Source: Clostridiaceae bacterium (GTDB lineage Bacteria; Bacillota; Clostridia; Saccharofermentanales; UBA5734). Taken from it: a stretch of DNA of 64,000 nucleotides. Where the stretch lies: positions 501 to 64,500 of the forward strand of contig JAAYNF010000033.1 in NCBI GenBank assembly GCA_012520975.1, in the 5' to 3' direction. Each line of letters begins with the position of its first letter. The stretch's first letter is position 1. The notes beneath the pieces are model-generated. The model was not told the origin of the DNA, searched no databases, and saw nothing but the letters and a program-made list of their open reading frames with translations. Positions 52,153 to 61,369 of this stretch are shown here, one piece after another. The position numbers and the translations under genes were made by a program.

Positions 52153-55128
52153 ATGGCCAAGACGAGATCCTACAGGCGGATTAGAAAACGAACCCTTGTT
52201 GTTGCCGGATTGACGCTGGCTGCCGCCCTGCTGGTTTCCGGGATCATCGCTGTTCTGGCTGTTTTGCAGGTGGGACCGGAGGAGCTCCTGATATTGAATG
52301 TCAGCGAGGGATCCAGCCGCTCTGCAATTCTGGGCAGCGGGATTTCCTTGGAAAGGGCGGAATCGGCGAACGCTCTTAGGGACTCATCGTTCGAACCCTT
52401 TGTTTTTCGCCAGACCTTGACGGTATATAGCGGTGATTCCACGACCCTGACCGTTTCATCGGAAGACGCAAGCGGCGGCCTGTACGGGGACAGTTTTTTT
52501 AACGGCGCCAAGGCCAGGGTTCTGACCCATGGACCCGATGGCCTTGTGTTAAAAAAAACCGCCAACGTTCTTCGCTACGGCATCAATCGGGTCGGTGTTT
52601 TTCAGCCGGTTAAGTTGCCCGACGACAGCCCCTCTGAAACCGCGGTTTTGGCCTTGACCCGAAAAAACGACATATCGTTGGCTGTCGGGCGACAAGGCCT
52701 GATCGTGTATAACAGCAGCGGACAGACCCCGGAAATCATCGAATCCGGTGTCGAGGTCGACCTGACAGGGGTCTGCGCCAATGATCAAGGATTTTTGACC
52801 TGCAGTGCTGCCGGTGATATCCTTCAATCGAGCAACGGCCGGGACTGGTCCGTGCTCGCAACGTTTCCCGGAATCGTGTTTAACTCAATTGCCTCGGAAC
52901 CGAACGGCCTTTTTGTCGCGGTAGGAGATCAAGGGGCGCTGATCAGCGGGAAGGATACCCGCGTGTCCAGACTTCCGGCGATAACGGATGCCAATTTGTG
53001 CGATGTCGTTTACGGATCGGCCGGCTTTGTTGCGGTGGGTGATTCCGGCGCCATAATCAGTTCACGCCATGGCTTGATCTGGTTGCAGCGTAATTTAGAC
53101 AATGATGCAAACTGGCGGGTTATCGACCACCGGGATGGCCGTTATATTGCCGCGGGTCAACAGGGTAAAGCGGCTTTCAGTGACGATGGCGAAAGGTTTT
53201 TCTGGCTTCGGCCGGATCACGCGCATGACTATCAAGATGTTGTTATGTTGTCCAACAAACAACTGATTTTTCTCAACACCGAGGGGGAGTTTACGGTCTC
53301 CAACGACGGCGGCAAGACCTGGCTTGACTCGGCCATTCAAACCGGTATGCAAAGCCGGGTGATTTCTCTGGCCGGCAAGGATAAAATTCTCAGCGCGGAC
53401 GATCAAGGCCGATTGGGTATTGCTCAGCTGGTTGCCGAAATTACCCTTGACAGCGCTTTGAAGGAAGGTCAGTATCAGGCCGGCGATTTGCTCTTCTTGG
53501 AAAAAACAGCTTTGTCGGTACCGGCCGAATATTTGGGGAAAACGAGCAATCAGACCGGATTCGCGGGGCCGTGGGAACATTTTGGAGCCGGAACCATCAG
53601 CCGGGTTGCCGACACGTCATCTCCGGGTGGCGGCGAGGCATCCTTGCTCATTGCCGCTGATTCCAACCGACCCAATTCAACCGCCATCGCCTCCCAGATC
53701 CTTAAGCTGCCGGATTCGGCTATCGGTCAACGAAACGAAATTTATCGGCTGGAATTGTGGATGAAGCAAAGCGGGATAGCCGACCGTAGTGTTCAGGTCT
53801 GGTTGACGGCGCCTTTTCGCCAGGTCGGGACAACGTTTAACAATGTTGGCACGACTTGGGAAAAATATAGTCACACGCTCATTGTGCCCGCCGACATGGT
53901 GGGTTCAACCGAAACCCAGCTTCGATTCAACATTGCTGCTGTCGGCGGCAACCTCTGGATTGATCAGGTCAGCCTCTGTCCGATTACGGAAACGCCGGAA
54001 ATGCTGGCCGATTCGTTGCGCACAAAGGTTTTGGACATTGCGCCGCAATTTATTCGCTTGGGATTCATGCCGATCGGCTCGCCGATTGGGCGAACCGCAA
54101 GTTGGGCCTATACTTTGGGCAATGAAACGTCGTATTTGACCGAAAAGGGGTGGCAAAGCCACGCTGCCGGATCCCTGTATGCCGCGTTGCAATTGGTTTT
54201 CGACAGCGGCTCTGATCCGTGGTTGGTTGTCGATTCCTATACCAGCCAGACCGAACTGTTAAACCTGATCGAATATCTGGCCGGCCCGATTTCCGAACCT
54301 TTCGGAAAACTGCGCATGGAGCAGGGGTCTGTAATTCCTTGGGTTGATCGATTCGGACGAATTCTGATCGAAATAACCGATCGGTCCGGTGTTCTGACCA
54401 GCGATCAGTTAAGAGTTGATTTTGTCGATTTAATGATTGATACCATAACTCAATCACCTTATTACCGCCAGGTCAAAGGTCAGTTAATTTTTATTGACGG
54501 GATGACGTATCAAGCGGGAATGGTTCTCTCATCGGCGGATTTCCATGCGACAGATCTGGATGGCATGGTCCGAGCCGACCGCGCCATGGGTATTCGAGAG
54601 GTTATGATTAATTATTATGATCGAATTCCAAGAAATCCGGAAAAACAGATTGAAAACTGGCCGGAGCTGATGCGCAGCGCTCAATTACAGCCCAATGGCA
54701 TCTGGCTGCCTGTCCTCGCCGAGCTCAGCACCGTTCTGCTTGCCGATCTTGGAGTGCAAACCACGCTGAGCAATTTGACCTATCCGGCCGCTTCCGGTTT
54801 GGAAAATCGGCAACCTTGGCAGGTGGCTGCGCAGATTTCCGCTGCGGCGGCCCGCGGTGTTCCGCTGGAGATCCGCGGTGGCACAACCGAAGTTTTGGCA
54901 TATGGATTCATGTCCGACCGTCAGCTCAGCCTTGTCCTGATCAACCTCTCCGACAATTCGGCCAATTGCCGCCTGATGACCGACCTGCCCTTTATTGGCG
55001 CAAACTTGAGTCGTTATGACAGCAAAGGCCAGCTGGTCAACATGCAGACGCTAAAATCCCTTGGCAGCAAGCATGTCATTCCCCCGGGCGGCGTAATTTG
55101 CCTTGTCAAAAATCTGTCGGACAACTGA
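52153..55128 (+). CDS. Large membrane-anchored extracytoplasmic protein with BNR/Asp-box beta-propeller repeats and a CBM-like module
   Basis: An N-terminal basic segment plus TM (LVVAGLTLAAALLVSGIIAVLAV). Asp-box SNDGGKTW plus degenerate copies (SSNGRDW, SDDGERFFW). A CBM4/9-like stretch (WEHFGAG..LWIDQVSLCP). The C-terminal ~380 aa are unassigned. Confidence 0.6.
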   Translation: MAKTRSYRRIRKRTLVVAGLTLAAALLVSGIIAVLAVLQVGPEELLILNVSEGSSRSAILGSGISLERAESANALRDSSFEPFVFRQTLTVYSGDSTTLTVSSEDASGGLYGDSFFNGAKARVLTHGPDGLVLKKTANVLRYGINRVGVFQPVKLPDDSPSETAVLALTRKNDISLAVGRQGLIVYNSSGQTPEIIESGVEVDLTGVCANDQGFLTCSAAGDILQSSNGRDWSVLATFPGIVFNSIASEPNGLFVAVGDQGALISGKDTRVSRLPAITDANLCDVVYGSAGFVAVGDSGAIISSRHGLIWLQRNLDNDANWRVIDHRDGRYIAAGQQGKAAFSDDGERFFWLRPDHAHDYQDVVMLSNKQLIFLNTEGEFTVSNDGGKTWLDSAIQTGMQSRVISLAGKDKILSADDQGRLGIAQLVAEITLDSALKEGQYQAGDLLFLEKTALSVPAEYLGKTSNQTGFAGPWEHFGAGTISRVADTSSPGGGEASLLIAADSNRPNSTAIASQILKLPDSAIGQRNEIYRLELWMKQSGIADRSVQVWLTAPFRQVGTTFNNVGTTWEKYSHTLIVPADMVGSTETQLRFNIAAVGGNLWIDQVSLCPITETPEMLADSLRTKVLDIAPQFIRLGFMPIGSPIGRTASWAYTLGNETSYLTEKGWQSHAAGSLYAALQLVFDSGSDPWLVVDSYTSQTELLNLIEYLAGPISEPFGKLRMEQGSVIPWVDRFGRILIEITDRSGVLTSDQLRVDFVDLMIDTITQSPYYRQVKGQLIFIDGMTYQAGMVLSSADFHATDLDGMVRADRAMGIREVMINYYDRIPRNPEKQIENWPELMRSAQLQPNGIWLPVLAELSTVLLADLGVQTTLSNLTYPAASGLENRQPWQVAAQISAAAARGVPLEIRGGTTEVLAYGFMSDRQLSLVLINLSDNSANCRLMTDLPFIGANLSRYDSKGQLVNMQTLKSLGSKHVIPPGGVICLVKNLSDN

Positions 55129-55158
55129 TTTTTCTCCTGCCGATCGTTGCAATTCACA

Positions 55159-55180
55159 GGCCTTTTCGGGGCCTTTTCGG
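55159..55180. repeat. Tandem 11-mer GGCCTTTTCGG x2 that can also form a weak terminator-like hairpin
   Basis: Read directly. AGGCC/GGCCT can pair and is followed by TTTT, 30 nt after the stop of the 992-aa gene. Confidence 0.5.
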
Positions 55181-55194
55181 GTGGGGCATTTGCC

Positions 55195-55223
55195 TTGACA
55201 GGCCCGGATCGATTAGCTATAAT
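55195..55223 (+). promoter_or_regulatory. Consensus sigma-A promoter for tRNA-Val(GAC)
   Basis: TTGACA, a 17-nt spacer, then TATAAT, ending 12 nt before the tRNA. Confidence 0.7.
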
Positions 55224-55235
55224 GATCAGGCATTC

Positions 55236-55312
55236 GGGTGGTTAGCTCAGCTGGTTAGAGTACTTGCTTGACATGCAAGGGGTCGATGGTTCGAGTCCAT
55301 TACTACCCACCA
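55236..55312 (+). tRNA. tRNA-Val (anticodon GAC)
   Basis: A 77-nt cloverleaf: acceptor GGGTGGT/ACTACCC, anticodon stem CTTGC/GCAAG with loop TTGACAT, T loop TTCGAGT, and an encoded CCA. Confidence 0.92.
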
Positions 55313-55416
55313 AACCTAGGACGCAGCCGTCGATACATTTTCTTGTGTTGATAGCTGCTTTTTTTTGTTTAAGGGTCCTATAAGCTGCGAAATTTTATTT
55401 TTTGGAGATGAGGATT

Positions 55417-58400
55417 ATGAAATACAGCTTATTGGTGTCGATTTTGTACTATCTCTGCGGCTTTTTTTATATGGGTTTCGGTACATATGCAATAGATACC
55501 AATGCAAAAAGCCGTATCAACAGGCTGTTTGTACTTGTAACGGGTTCAACGGCGATCTGGGCATTCGCATTTTCTATTTCAATTTCAGCACCTACGGCGG
55601 AAGCAAGCATATTTTGGGGATGTCTCTCCGTTTTCGGTTGGGGAGTTTTTTACAGTATTATGCTCCACTTTGTACTTATTCTCACAAAAACCGAAATTCC
55701 ATTCAATAAGCAAATTATGCTCGCCATAATTTATTTGCCTGCTGCTATCAATATACTTCTATTTGCGCCCTTCGGGTGTCTTGCGGAGAAGCAATACCAA
55801 ATGGTGGAAACCGATTTCGGTTGGGTAAATGTACTTCCCACCAATATGGGTAATATTTGGTTTATCGCATATTACTCTGGCTTTACGCTTGTGATGCTTA
55901 TATTACTTTTTCGCTGGTGGAAAAAAATGGAACCTCAGGACCCTCAGAAGCGGCAAGCAACATATTTCTTAATATCCATACTGCTTCCCCTCATCATGGG
56001 AGTAACAACAGAAACCATACCTGATATCCTTGGCATCGGCTCTTTCCCCGAATTCACCATTATATTCCTGATGGCTCCCGTGACAATGCTCTCCTCAACA
56101 TTGAGAAAATCCGGCCTGCTTCTCGAGAGACCTGCGGAAATATCCGTGCCCTTGAAAAGCGACCAACTTGCAGATGCAGATCGGTCGCGTATGTTTCGAA
56201 CGGTTGCGTCCATATTTACAGCGGGCAGTGTAGTATCATTTTTCATAGGATATTTTGCCATGAAAAGAACGACGAGAGAAGAGATCTTCCTCGCCGCGAC
56301 GTTATTATTACTTGGAATGTTTATAAGATATATACCGTACATGACGAAAAATCATACCCATCAGAATACCCTGTTCCTGGCAGCAGGCGCATTTAGTTTA
56401 TTCTATCTTATGATCAGAAATGCCGAAACGGGTGCGGTGACGATATGGTCGATATATATCTTGTTCTTTATGTTTACCGTCATCCTCGACAGTAGAATCC
56501 ATCTCACGATCTATACCGGTTTGGTGGTGATCATTCAAATTATTTTCTCGATCATTTACCCGGAAGTTGCTGTCACCATCGATATAAATGCATACATGAC
56601 AAGAATTGCTCTTGTTATACTTACATTTTTTGCCGTGCGACGACTGGCGAACGAATACGCTTTAAAGCTGGAGGCACATAAAAGGTTCATAAAAGAACAA
56701 CAAGTGCTTGAAAACATTTCTACCAATTTTATTACGATCAGCAGCGAAAATGCTAAAGAAAAGGTTGATGAGATGTTGAGCATGTCCGCTGAGGTTCTTG
56801 AATTTGATTATTCATATTTAATTGAATTCAGCGAGGATTATGAGGATGCAAATGTTTTCAGCACATATACGAAAAATTTTGAAAATGATTCACTTCCCTA
56901 TCACCCGGGAATGAAAGTTAAAACAGCCGACTTACCCCTAGCCGAAATTCTGATTGCCCGGGGTACACCCATGATATGTGAAGACATCATAAATACCCCC
57001 CTTGATAAATGTGAGGGAGCAAGAAATTTCTTTATCTCAAGAGGCATAAACTCCTTTTTTGCATTTCCGCTACAAATCGAAGGACGACAAATAGAAGGAA
57101 TGCTTGTCTTTGAATACTACGACCGGGGCAATGAAAGCTTCAGCGAAAACAGACTGCACTTTTTAAACATGGTCATGAATATGTTGGGGGATTCAAGAAA
57201 GAAGACCTTGTACGAAGAAATGATATATGATGTTGCTTATTTTGACAGAACCACAAAATTAGCGAATAGGAACATGCTTATAAAGACGCTTGAGCAAAAT
57301 ATAAACGACAGAAAAGAATCAGGGAGAATAGGAATTTTAAATGTTGAACTCACGAACATGAGAATGATTAAGGATACTTTCGGTCCTAATGCAGTCGAGC
57401 AAGTAATGTTGAAATTGGCGACAATGCTCAAAAATCTGTTGGAGGAATTTTCTTATATCTCAAGGACAAATGATGGAGAGTTTGTCGTTGTTTTACCCAA
57501 TGTGGAAAGTACCGAACAGATAGAAGGCTGCGCAAACAGATTGTTTGCGGCTTTTTCCCGTCCCATATCGACCGATATGGGAATAGAAGCATTATTTGTT
57601 GTGCCACGCATAGGCATATCCGTGTATCCGGATAATGGAAGAGACGCGACGACTGTTTTGATGAACGCTGATTTAGCAGGATATGAAGCGATGAACAACA
57701 ACGAAGACATTGTTTTCTATGCGGAACGACTGGGAAGCCATATTGCGGAAAACACCCTCTTCACGAACAGACTTTTCCGATCGTTGCAGAAGGACGAGTT
57801 TTTCTTAGAGTTTCAACCGCAGATCAGCTGTAATACGGGAAAAACTGTCGGGGTTGAAGCTTTGCTCAGATGGACCGTTGACGGCAGCAGAAGGGTGCCT
57901 CCTGATCGATTCATCCCCATCCTTGAGCAGACCGGATTAATTTACGATGTGGGACTCTGGGTTCTGCAGCAAGCGCTTCAGGAACATAACCGGCTCATCG
58001 CAAAGGGGTTTCCGCCTCTCCGTTTTTCTATAAACCTATCGGTTGTGCAATTTGAGGAAGAAGATTTTACTTCTGATTTTGCCAAAATTATAGAAGAAAG
58101 TCAGGTGGATCCGAAATATATTGAACTGGAGATCACAGAGAGTTTGATATCTAAAGACCCTGAGGATGTAATTGAAAAAATATATCAATTGAAAGAGCTG
58201 GGAGTAAATATTGCCATCGATGATTTCGGCAGCGGTTATTCATCATTAAACCGATTGAAACTGGTACCTTTTGACAGATTGAAAATAGATAAAGTAATCA
58301 TAGATTACATCGATTCAGAAGGAAAGGGGACTCCTCTGACGGGAAATATTATTTCATTAGCTCGGATTTTCGGAGCAAGCGTTACGGCCGAAGGTGTGGA

Positions 58401-58515
58401 AACAAAAGGCCAAGCGGATTTGCTGAAGAGCATAGCCTGCGATGAAATACAGGGATACTATTTTTCGAGGCCTCTGTCGCCGGAAGCGCTTGAAGAATTT
58501 CTTAAAAAGGAATGA
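55417..58515 (+). CDS. Polytopic membrane sensor with GAF-like, degenerate GGDEF and intact EAL domains (predicted c-di-GMP phosphodiesterase)
   Basis: About 400 aa of TM helices. The GGDEF-domain core (FDRTTKLANRN..) has NDGEF in place of GGDEF. EAL motifs are present: EFQPQ, VGVEALLRW, ELEITES, DDFGSGYSSL, LKIDK, EGVET, QGYYFSRP. The start is one of TTG 55402, ATG 55408 or ATG 55417. Confidence 0.85.
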   Translation: MKYSLLVSILYYLCGFFYMGFGTYAIDTNAKSRINRLFVLVTGSTAIWAFAFSISISAPTAEASIFWGCLSVFGWGVFYSIMLHFVLILTKTEIPFNKQIMLAIIYLPAAINILLFAPFGCLAEKQYQMVETDFGWVNVLPTNMGNIWFIAYYSGFTLVMLILLFRWWKKMEPQDPQKRQATYFLISILLPLIMGVTTETIPDILGIGSFPEFTIIFLMAPVTMLSSTLRKSGLLLERPAEISVPLKSDQLADADRSRMFRTVASIFTAGSVVSFFIGYFAMKRTTREEIFLAATLLLLGMFIRYIPYMTKNHTHQNTLFLAAGAFSLFYLMIRNAETGAVTIWSIYILFFMFTVILDSRIHLTIYTGLVVIIQIIFSIIYPEVAVTIDINAYMTRIALVILTFFAVRRLANEYALKLEAHKRFIKEQQVLENISTNFITISSENAKEKVDEMLSMSAEVLEFDYSYLIEFSEDYEDANVFSTYTKNFENDSLPYHPGMKVKTADLPLAEILIARGTPMICEDIINTPLDKCEGARNFFISRGINSFFAFPLQIEGRQIEGMLVFEYYDRGNESFSENRLHFLNMVMNMLGDSRKKTLYEEMIYDVAYFDRTTKLANRNMLIKTLEQNINDRKESGRIGILNVELTNMRMIKDTFGPNAVEQVMLKLATMLKNLLEEFSYISRTNDGEFVVVLPNVESTEQIEGCANRLFAAFSRPISTDMGIEALFVVPRIGISVYPDNGRDATTVLMNADLAGYEAMNNNEDIVFYAERLGSHIAENTLFTNRLFRSLQKDEFFLEFQPQISCNTGKTVGVEALLRWTVDGSRRVPPDRFIPILEQTGLIYDVGLWVLQQALQEHNRLIAKGFPPLRFSINLSVVQFEEEDFTSDFAKIIEESQVDPKYIELEITESLISKDPEDVIEKIYQLKELGVNIAIDDFGSGYSSLNRLKLVPFDRLKIDKVIIDYIDSEGKGTPLTGNIISLARIFGASVTAEGVETKGQADLLKSIACDEIQGYYFSRPLSPEALEEFLKKE

Positions 58516-58646
58516 TATAGGCATCTTACAGATGTGGGCGGATTTTTTATTTCATGATGTGGCATATATCCTGATTCGAGATGATAAGAGAGGCAGGAAA
58601 GCTTTCCGGTATCTCAATCTGAAGCAATTGGTTTTTTGACAAGGGG

Positions 58647-59321
58647 TTACGACAACATCTTCTTGTCCTGATCAAGAAAAAGCTTTCTGCTGGATGTGAT
58701 TTCTTTTATCATATCCGAGAAAACACTATTGTAGTCATATACGGAAATGCTTCCGGTGCCTATATCATAGTAGTAAGCCTGCAGGTTTAGTTCCTCCGTT
58801 GCGAACTTTTGGCGCACAAAATCGTAGGTCATAAGATTATCCAGTTGTTGAACGGCATTTAACTTTTCAAGCATGATCATCTTATTGTCCTCGCTCATGT
58901 CCGGATATTTGTAATCGATATAATTCGATATCGAGATGCTTTGAGAAATCCATTCCCCCGTATAGGGAAGGTTTTCCTTGTATTCTTCCAGTTTTCTAAT
59001 CGCGGCGCAGCCACCGCAATTGGAGTGGCCGCAAACAATGATGTTTTTAACTTTAAGGATTTTAACAGCATATTCAATGGCCGAAACAACCGAAGGGTGG
59101 GTACCCGGTTCTTCTTCTCTCGGTACGATATTCGCAATGTTTCTGATTTGAAAAATTTCCCCTGCTGTGGCTTGGAAGATGTTTTCTGCATCTACTCTGG
59201 AATCCGAGCACCCGATAAAGAGCGTATGCGGTTTTTGCTCTTTCTTCAGCTGCATATAAAAATCTTTGTTAAATTCATATTCCAGTTCTTTGAATTTTTC
59301 GATTCTTTTCTTTAGATCCAC
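58647..59321 (-). CDS. Beta-class carbonic anhydrase
   Basis: The zinc ligand motifs GCSDSRV and GHSNCGGC. Confidence 0.85.
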   Translation of the reverse strand: MDLKKRIEKFKELEYEFNKDFYMQLKKEQKPHTLFIGCSDSRVDAENIFQATAGEIFQIRNIANIVPREEEPGTHPSVVSAIEYAVKILKVKNIIVCGHSNCGGCAAIRKLEEYKENLPYTGEWISQSISISNYIDYKYPDMSEDNKMIMLEKLNAVQQLDNLMTYDFVRQKFATEELNLQAYYYDIGTGSISVYDYNSVFSDMIKEITSSRKLFLDQDKKMLS

Positions 59322-59534
59322 ATTGGCCTCCCCGCCGAAAGATTGCCGGCAACACTTTGTTTTATCGGATAAAATATCAACGGCTCTTCTTTGGCTATAC
59401 TACACCAAACCGGAATGCATGAAAAGAGCACGAGTCGGACACATTGACCATCGGTAGGGACAATGATTGTTTATTCTGTTTCCCTTGGTATAATGAAATG
59501 GTCATTGTATCCACGGATAGGGTAGGTGAAATGG

Positions 59535-60170
59535 ATGAATATTGATCCAAATGCAAGGTTTGAACAGGATCGTCAGCTGACGGCCGATCCGACCGTTCCC
59601 GCCGAAGAACGTCGAAAAGCCGAGCTCAGACAGGCGTTCTGGCAGAGCCGTTATCGGCCGGTGCGCCATTCAGAGGTGCCTGCGGATCTGTTTTTGGGCG
59701 TCTGGACCAATCTTCTCTTAAATGTGACCGGCAGCAACTGGCGACTGCCGCTCAAAAAGATCCGGCGCGATCTGGATGTTTTTTTTAACCGCCCCGTATT
59801 GCTTGATGCCATGCGTGACGCCGGCGATCAGGCCGCGGAATATTTACAAGACGAGCTTGACGATTCCGCCAAGCTTTATTTTATGACATGCAAACAAGAC
59901 AATCGTTATTCCGCCTTGCTTTTCGGCCTGATCAAACTTAAGCCGGAACAAATTGCTGCCAAATCCGCTGCCGAGACCATTGAGGGATTTGTTCGACCGC
60001 TGTTGCACCTTACTGATTGTGCCTGGTGTGCGCCGATGATCACGGCTGTTTGTCAAGCTTATCGCACCGTTTTCCCGGAGTACGCAGCATCTTTCAATGA
60101 GCGGATTGGGCAACTTGACTTGGCGTTTGAGGGCCGTTTGCGGGGTCTTGGCAATCAGATTTTGGAGTAA
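59535..60170 (+). CDS. Hypothetical protein
   Basis: An intact ORF with host-like GC, AGGTGA 7 nt before ATG 59535 (GTG 59526 is the alternative), and TGGTATAAT upstream. No motif was recognised. Confidence 0.5.
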   Translation: MNIDPNARFEQDRQLTADPTVPAEERRKAELRQAFWQSRYRPVRHSEVPADLFLGVWTNLLLNVTGSNWRLPLKKIRRDLDVFFNRPVLLDAMRDAGDQAAEYLQDELDDSAKLYFMTCKQDNRYSALLFGLIKLKPEQIAAKSAAETIEGFVRPLLHLTDCAWCAPMITAVCQAYRTVFPEYAASFNERIGQLDLAFEGRLRGLGNQILE

Positions 60171-60796
60171 CCGTAGCTGTTGACCAGCGCGTCAATTTTG
60201 TGTTTGGCTTTGCAACTGGGGCATTCAACCGGCTGATATGTTGAATAGTCCGCAACATAATCCCTAGGGAAAATACTGTTGATCGACATCCCCCGTATCC
60301 TGTCGATGGCACTGAACAAAGCATGGATGCCGATGGTCCGTCCCCTGTAATAGTCGATGCATTCAATGGCCTGTGTGATTGTGATGCCGGTTGTTGCCTG
60401 AGCGACCAGCAGGAGAATGTTTTTGTGATTAATCATTTTCTGGTAATTGTCTCGGAACATCAGCTGGCCGCTTGTGTTGATTTCCGGTGTCAGAACAACG
60501 ATGGCGCCATGACGATTGATTCCACGCAGTTCTTTTGCGCTGATGGTTTCTGCCAGAAAGGCCGCGACAACTTCGGTTCCATCCAAACAAACGATGGTGT
60601 CAACCGGTATAGTTCCGGTTTCGGTTGCCGCCAGTTCTTCCGCCGCCAGTTTGGCCATGACATGATTGCTCTTGATGGATGTCAGATCAACATAATAGTT
60701 GATGTGGGAATTGCGCGTCGCAAAATGGCCGGGTGTAATGGTCATGTTGACCAGCGGTTGCCGTTGGGATTGAATGACTCTCGATCGTGTTTCCAT
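60155..60796 (-). CDS. Phosphoribosyltransferase-fold protein with an atypical PRPP motif and a C-terminal CxxC
   Basis: ILLLVAQATTGITITQAI aligns to the type-I PRT PRPP loop (VLLVDDVxTTGxT), but AQ replaces the acidic pair. CPSCKAKH lies near the C-terminus. RBS AAGGAGGG precedes ATG 60796. Confidence 0.5.
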   Translation of the reverse strand: METRSRVIQSQRQPLVNMTITPGHFATRNSHINYYVDLTSIKSNHVMAKLAAEELAATETGTIPVDTIVCLDGTEVVAAFLAETISAKELRGINRHGAIVVLTPEINTSGQLMFRDNYQKMINHKNILLLVAQATTGITITQAIECIDYYRGRTIGIHALFSAIDRIRGMSINSIFPRDYVADYSTYQPVECPSCKAKHKIDALVNSYGYSKI

Positions 60797-60919
60797 CGTT
60801 GATCCCTCCTTGCTCTCATTATAAGTCGCCTTATTCCGGATTGAAAGAGGCGGGCTGGACAAGGAGCAGCCACTCGAAGTATCATCAATGGGTAAAATTA
60901 TGCTTTATCGGAGGTCACC

Positions 60920-61240
60920 ATGAGTCCATTTGAAATCGGAATGCTGGTCTGTTTCGGCATCTCGTGGCCAATTTCTGTATTTAAATCCTGGAAAACAAAA
61001 AGCACGGCCGGGAAGAGCATTTTGTTTATGACCGCCATCCTCATCGGCTACATTTCAGGTATTCTGCATAAGATTTTTTTCTCGCCTGATTTTGTCATCC
61101 TTATTTATATTTTTAACTTGATTATGGTCAGTTTGGACGTAGCGCTTTATTGGGTTCATTATCGCCGGGAGCGTATGGCTTTCAAGGACGGGATTGCCGA
61201 GCAGACACCGAATGTACCTCAAAAAGAAACCAAATTGTAA
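60920..61240 (+). CDS. Small 3-TM membrane protein, PQ-loop/SemiSWEET-like by motif
   Basis: GISWPISVFKSWKTKSTAGKS resembles the PQ-loop motif (PQ replaced by PI). It has three hydrophobic helices in 106 aa. Confidence 0.4.
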   Translation: MSPFEIGMLVCFGISWPISVFKSWKTKSTAGKSILFMTAILIGYISGILHKIFFSPDFVILIYIFNLIMVSLDVALYWVHYRRERMAFKDGIAEQTPNVPQKETKL

Positions 61241-61252
61241 CATCTTTTCCCA

Positions 61253-61324
61253 TTGACTACACCTTGTCTATTGATTACAATATGTTGTACCCGACCGGAT
61301 CAACAAACACAACATATTGGGTGT
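61253..61324 (+). promoter_or_regulatory. nrdD promoter with two NrdR-box-like palindromes
   Basis: TTGACT (61253-61258), a 17-nt spacer, then TACAAT (61276-61281). Box 1 is TTACAATATGTTGTAC (61275-61290) and overlaps the -10. Box 2 is ACAACATATTGGGTGT (61309-61324). Confidence 0.6.
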
Positions 61325-61369
61325 CAACCATGGTTTTTGGTCGGCGTTTCGGCGATGGGAGGGCGTAAA

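Noticed and set aside
59322-59525. The right-hand attachment-site repeat of a tRNA-Val-integrated mobile element
   Set aside because: I looked for a copy of the tRNA-Val 3' end (..GGTTCGAGTCCATTACTACCCACCA) or any flanking direct repeat and found none. No integrase or transposase gene exists in 55.3-59.5 kb, so the region is reported only as a compositional islet, not a mobile element.
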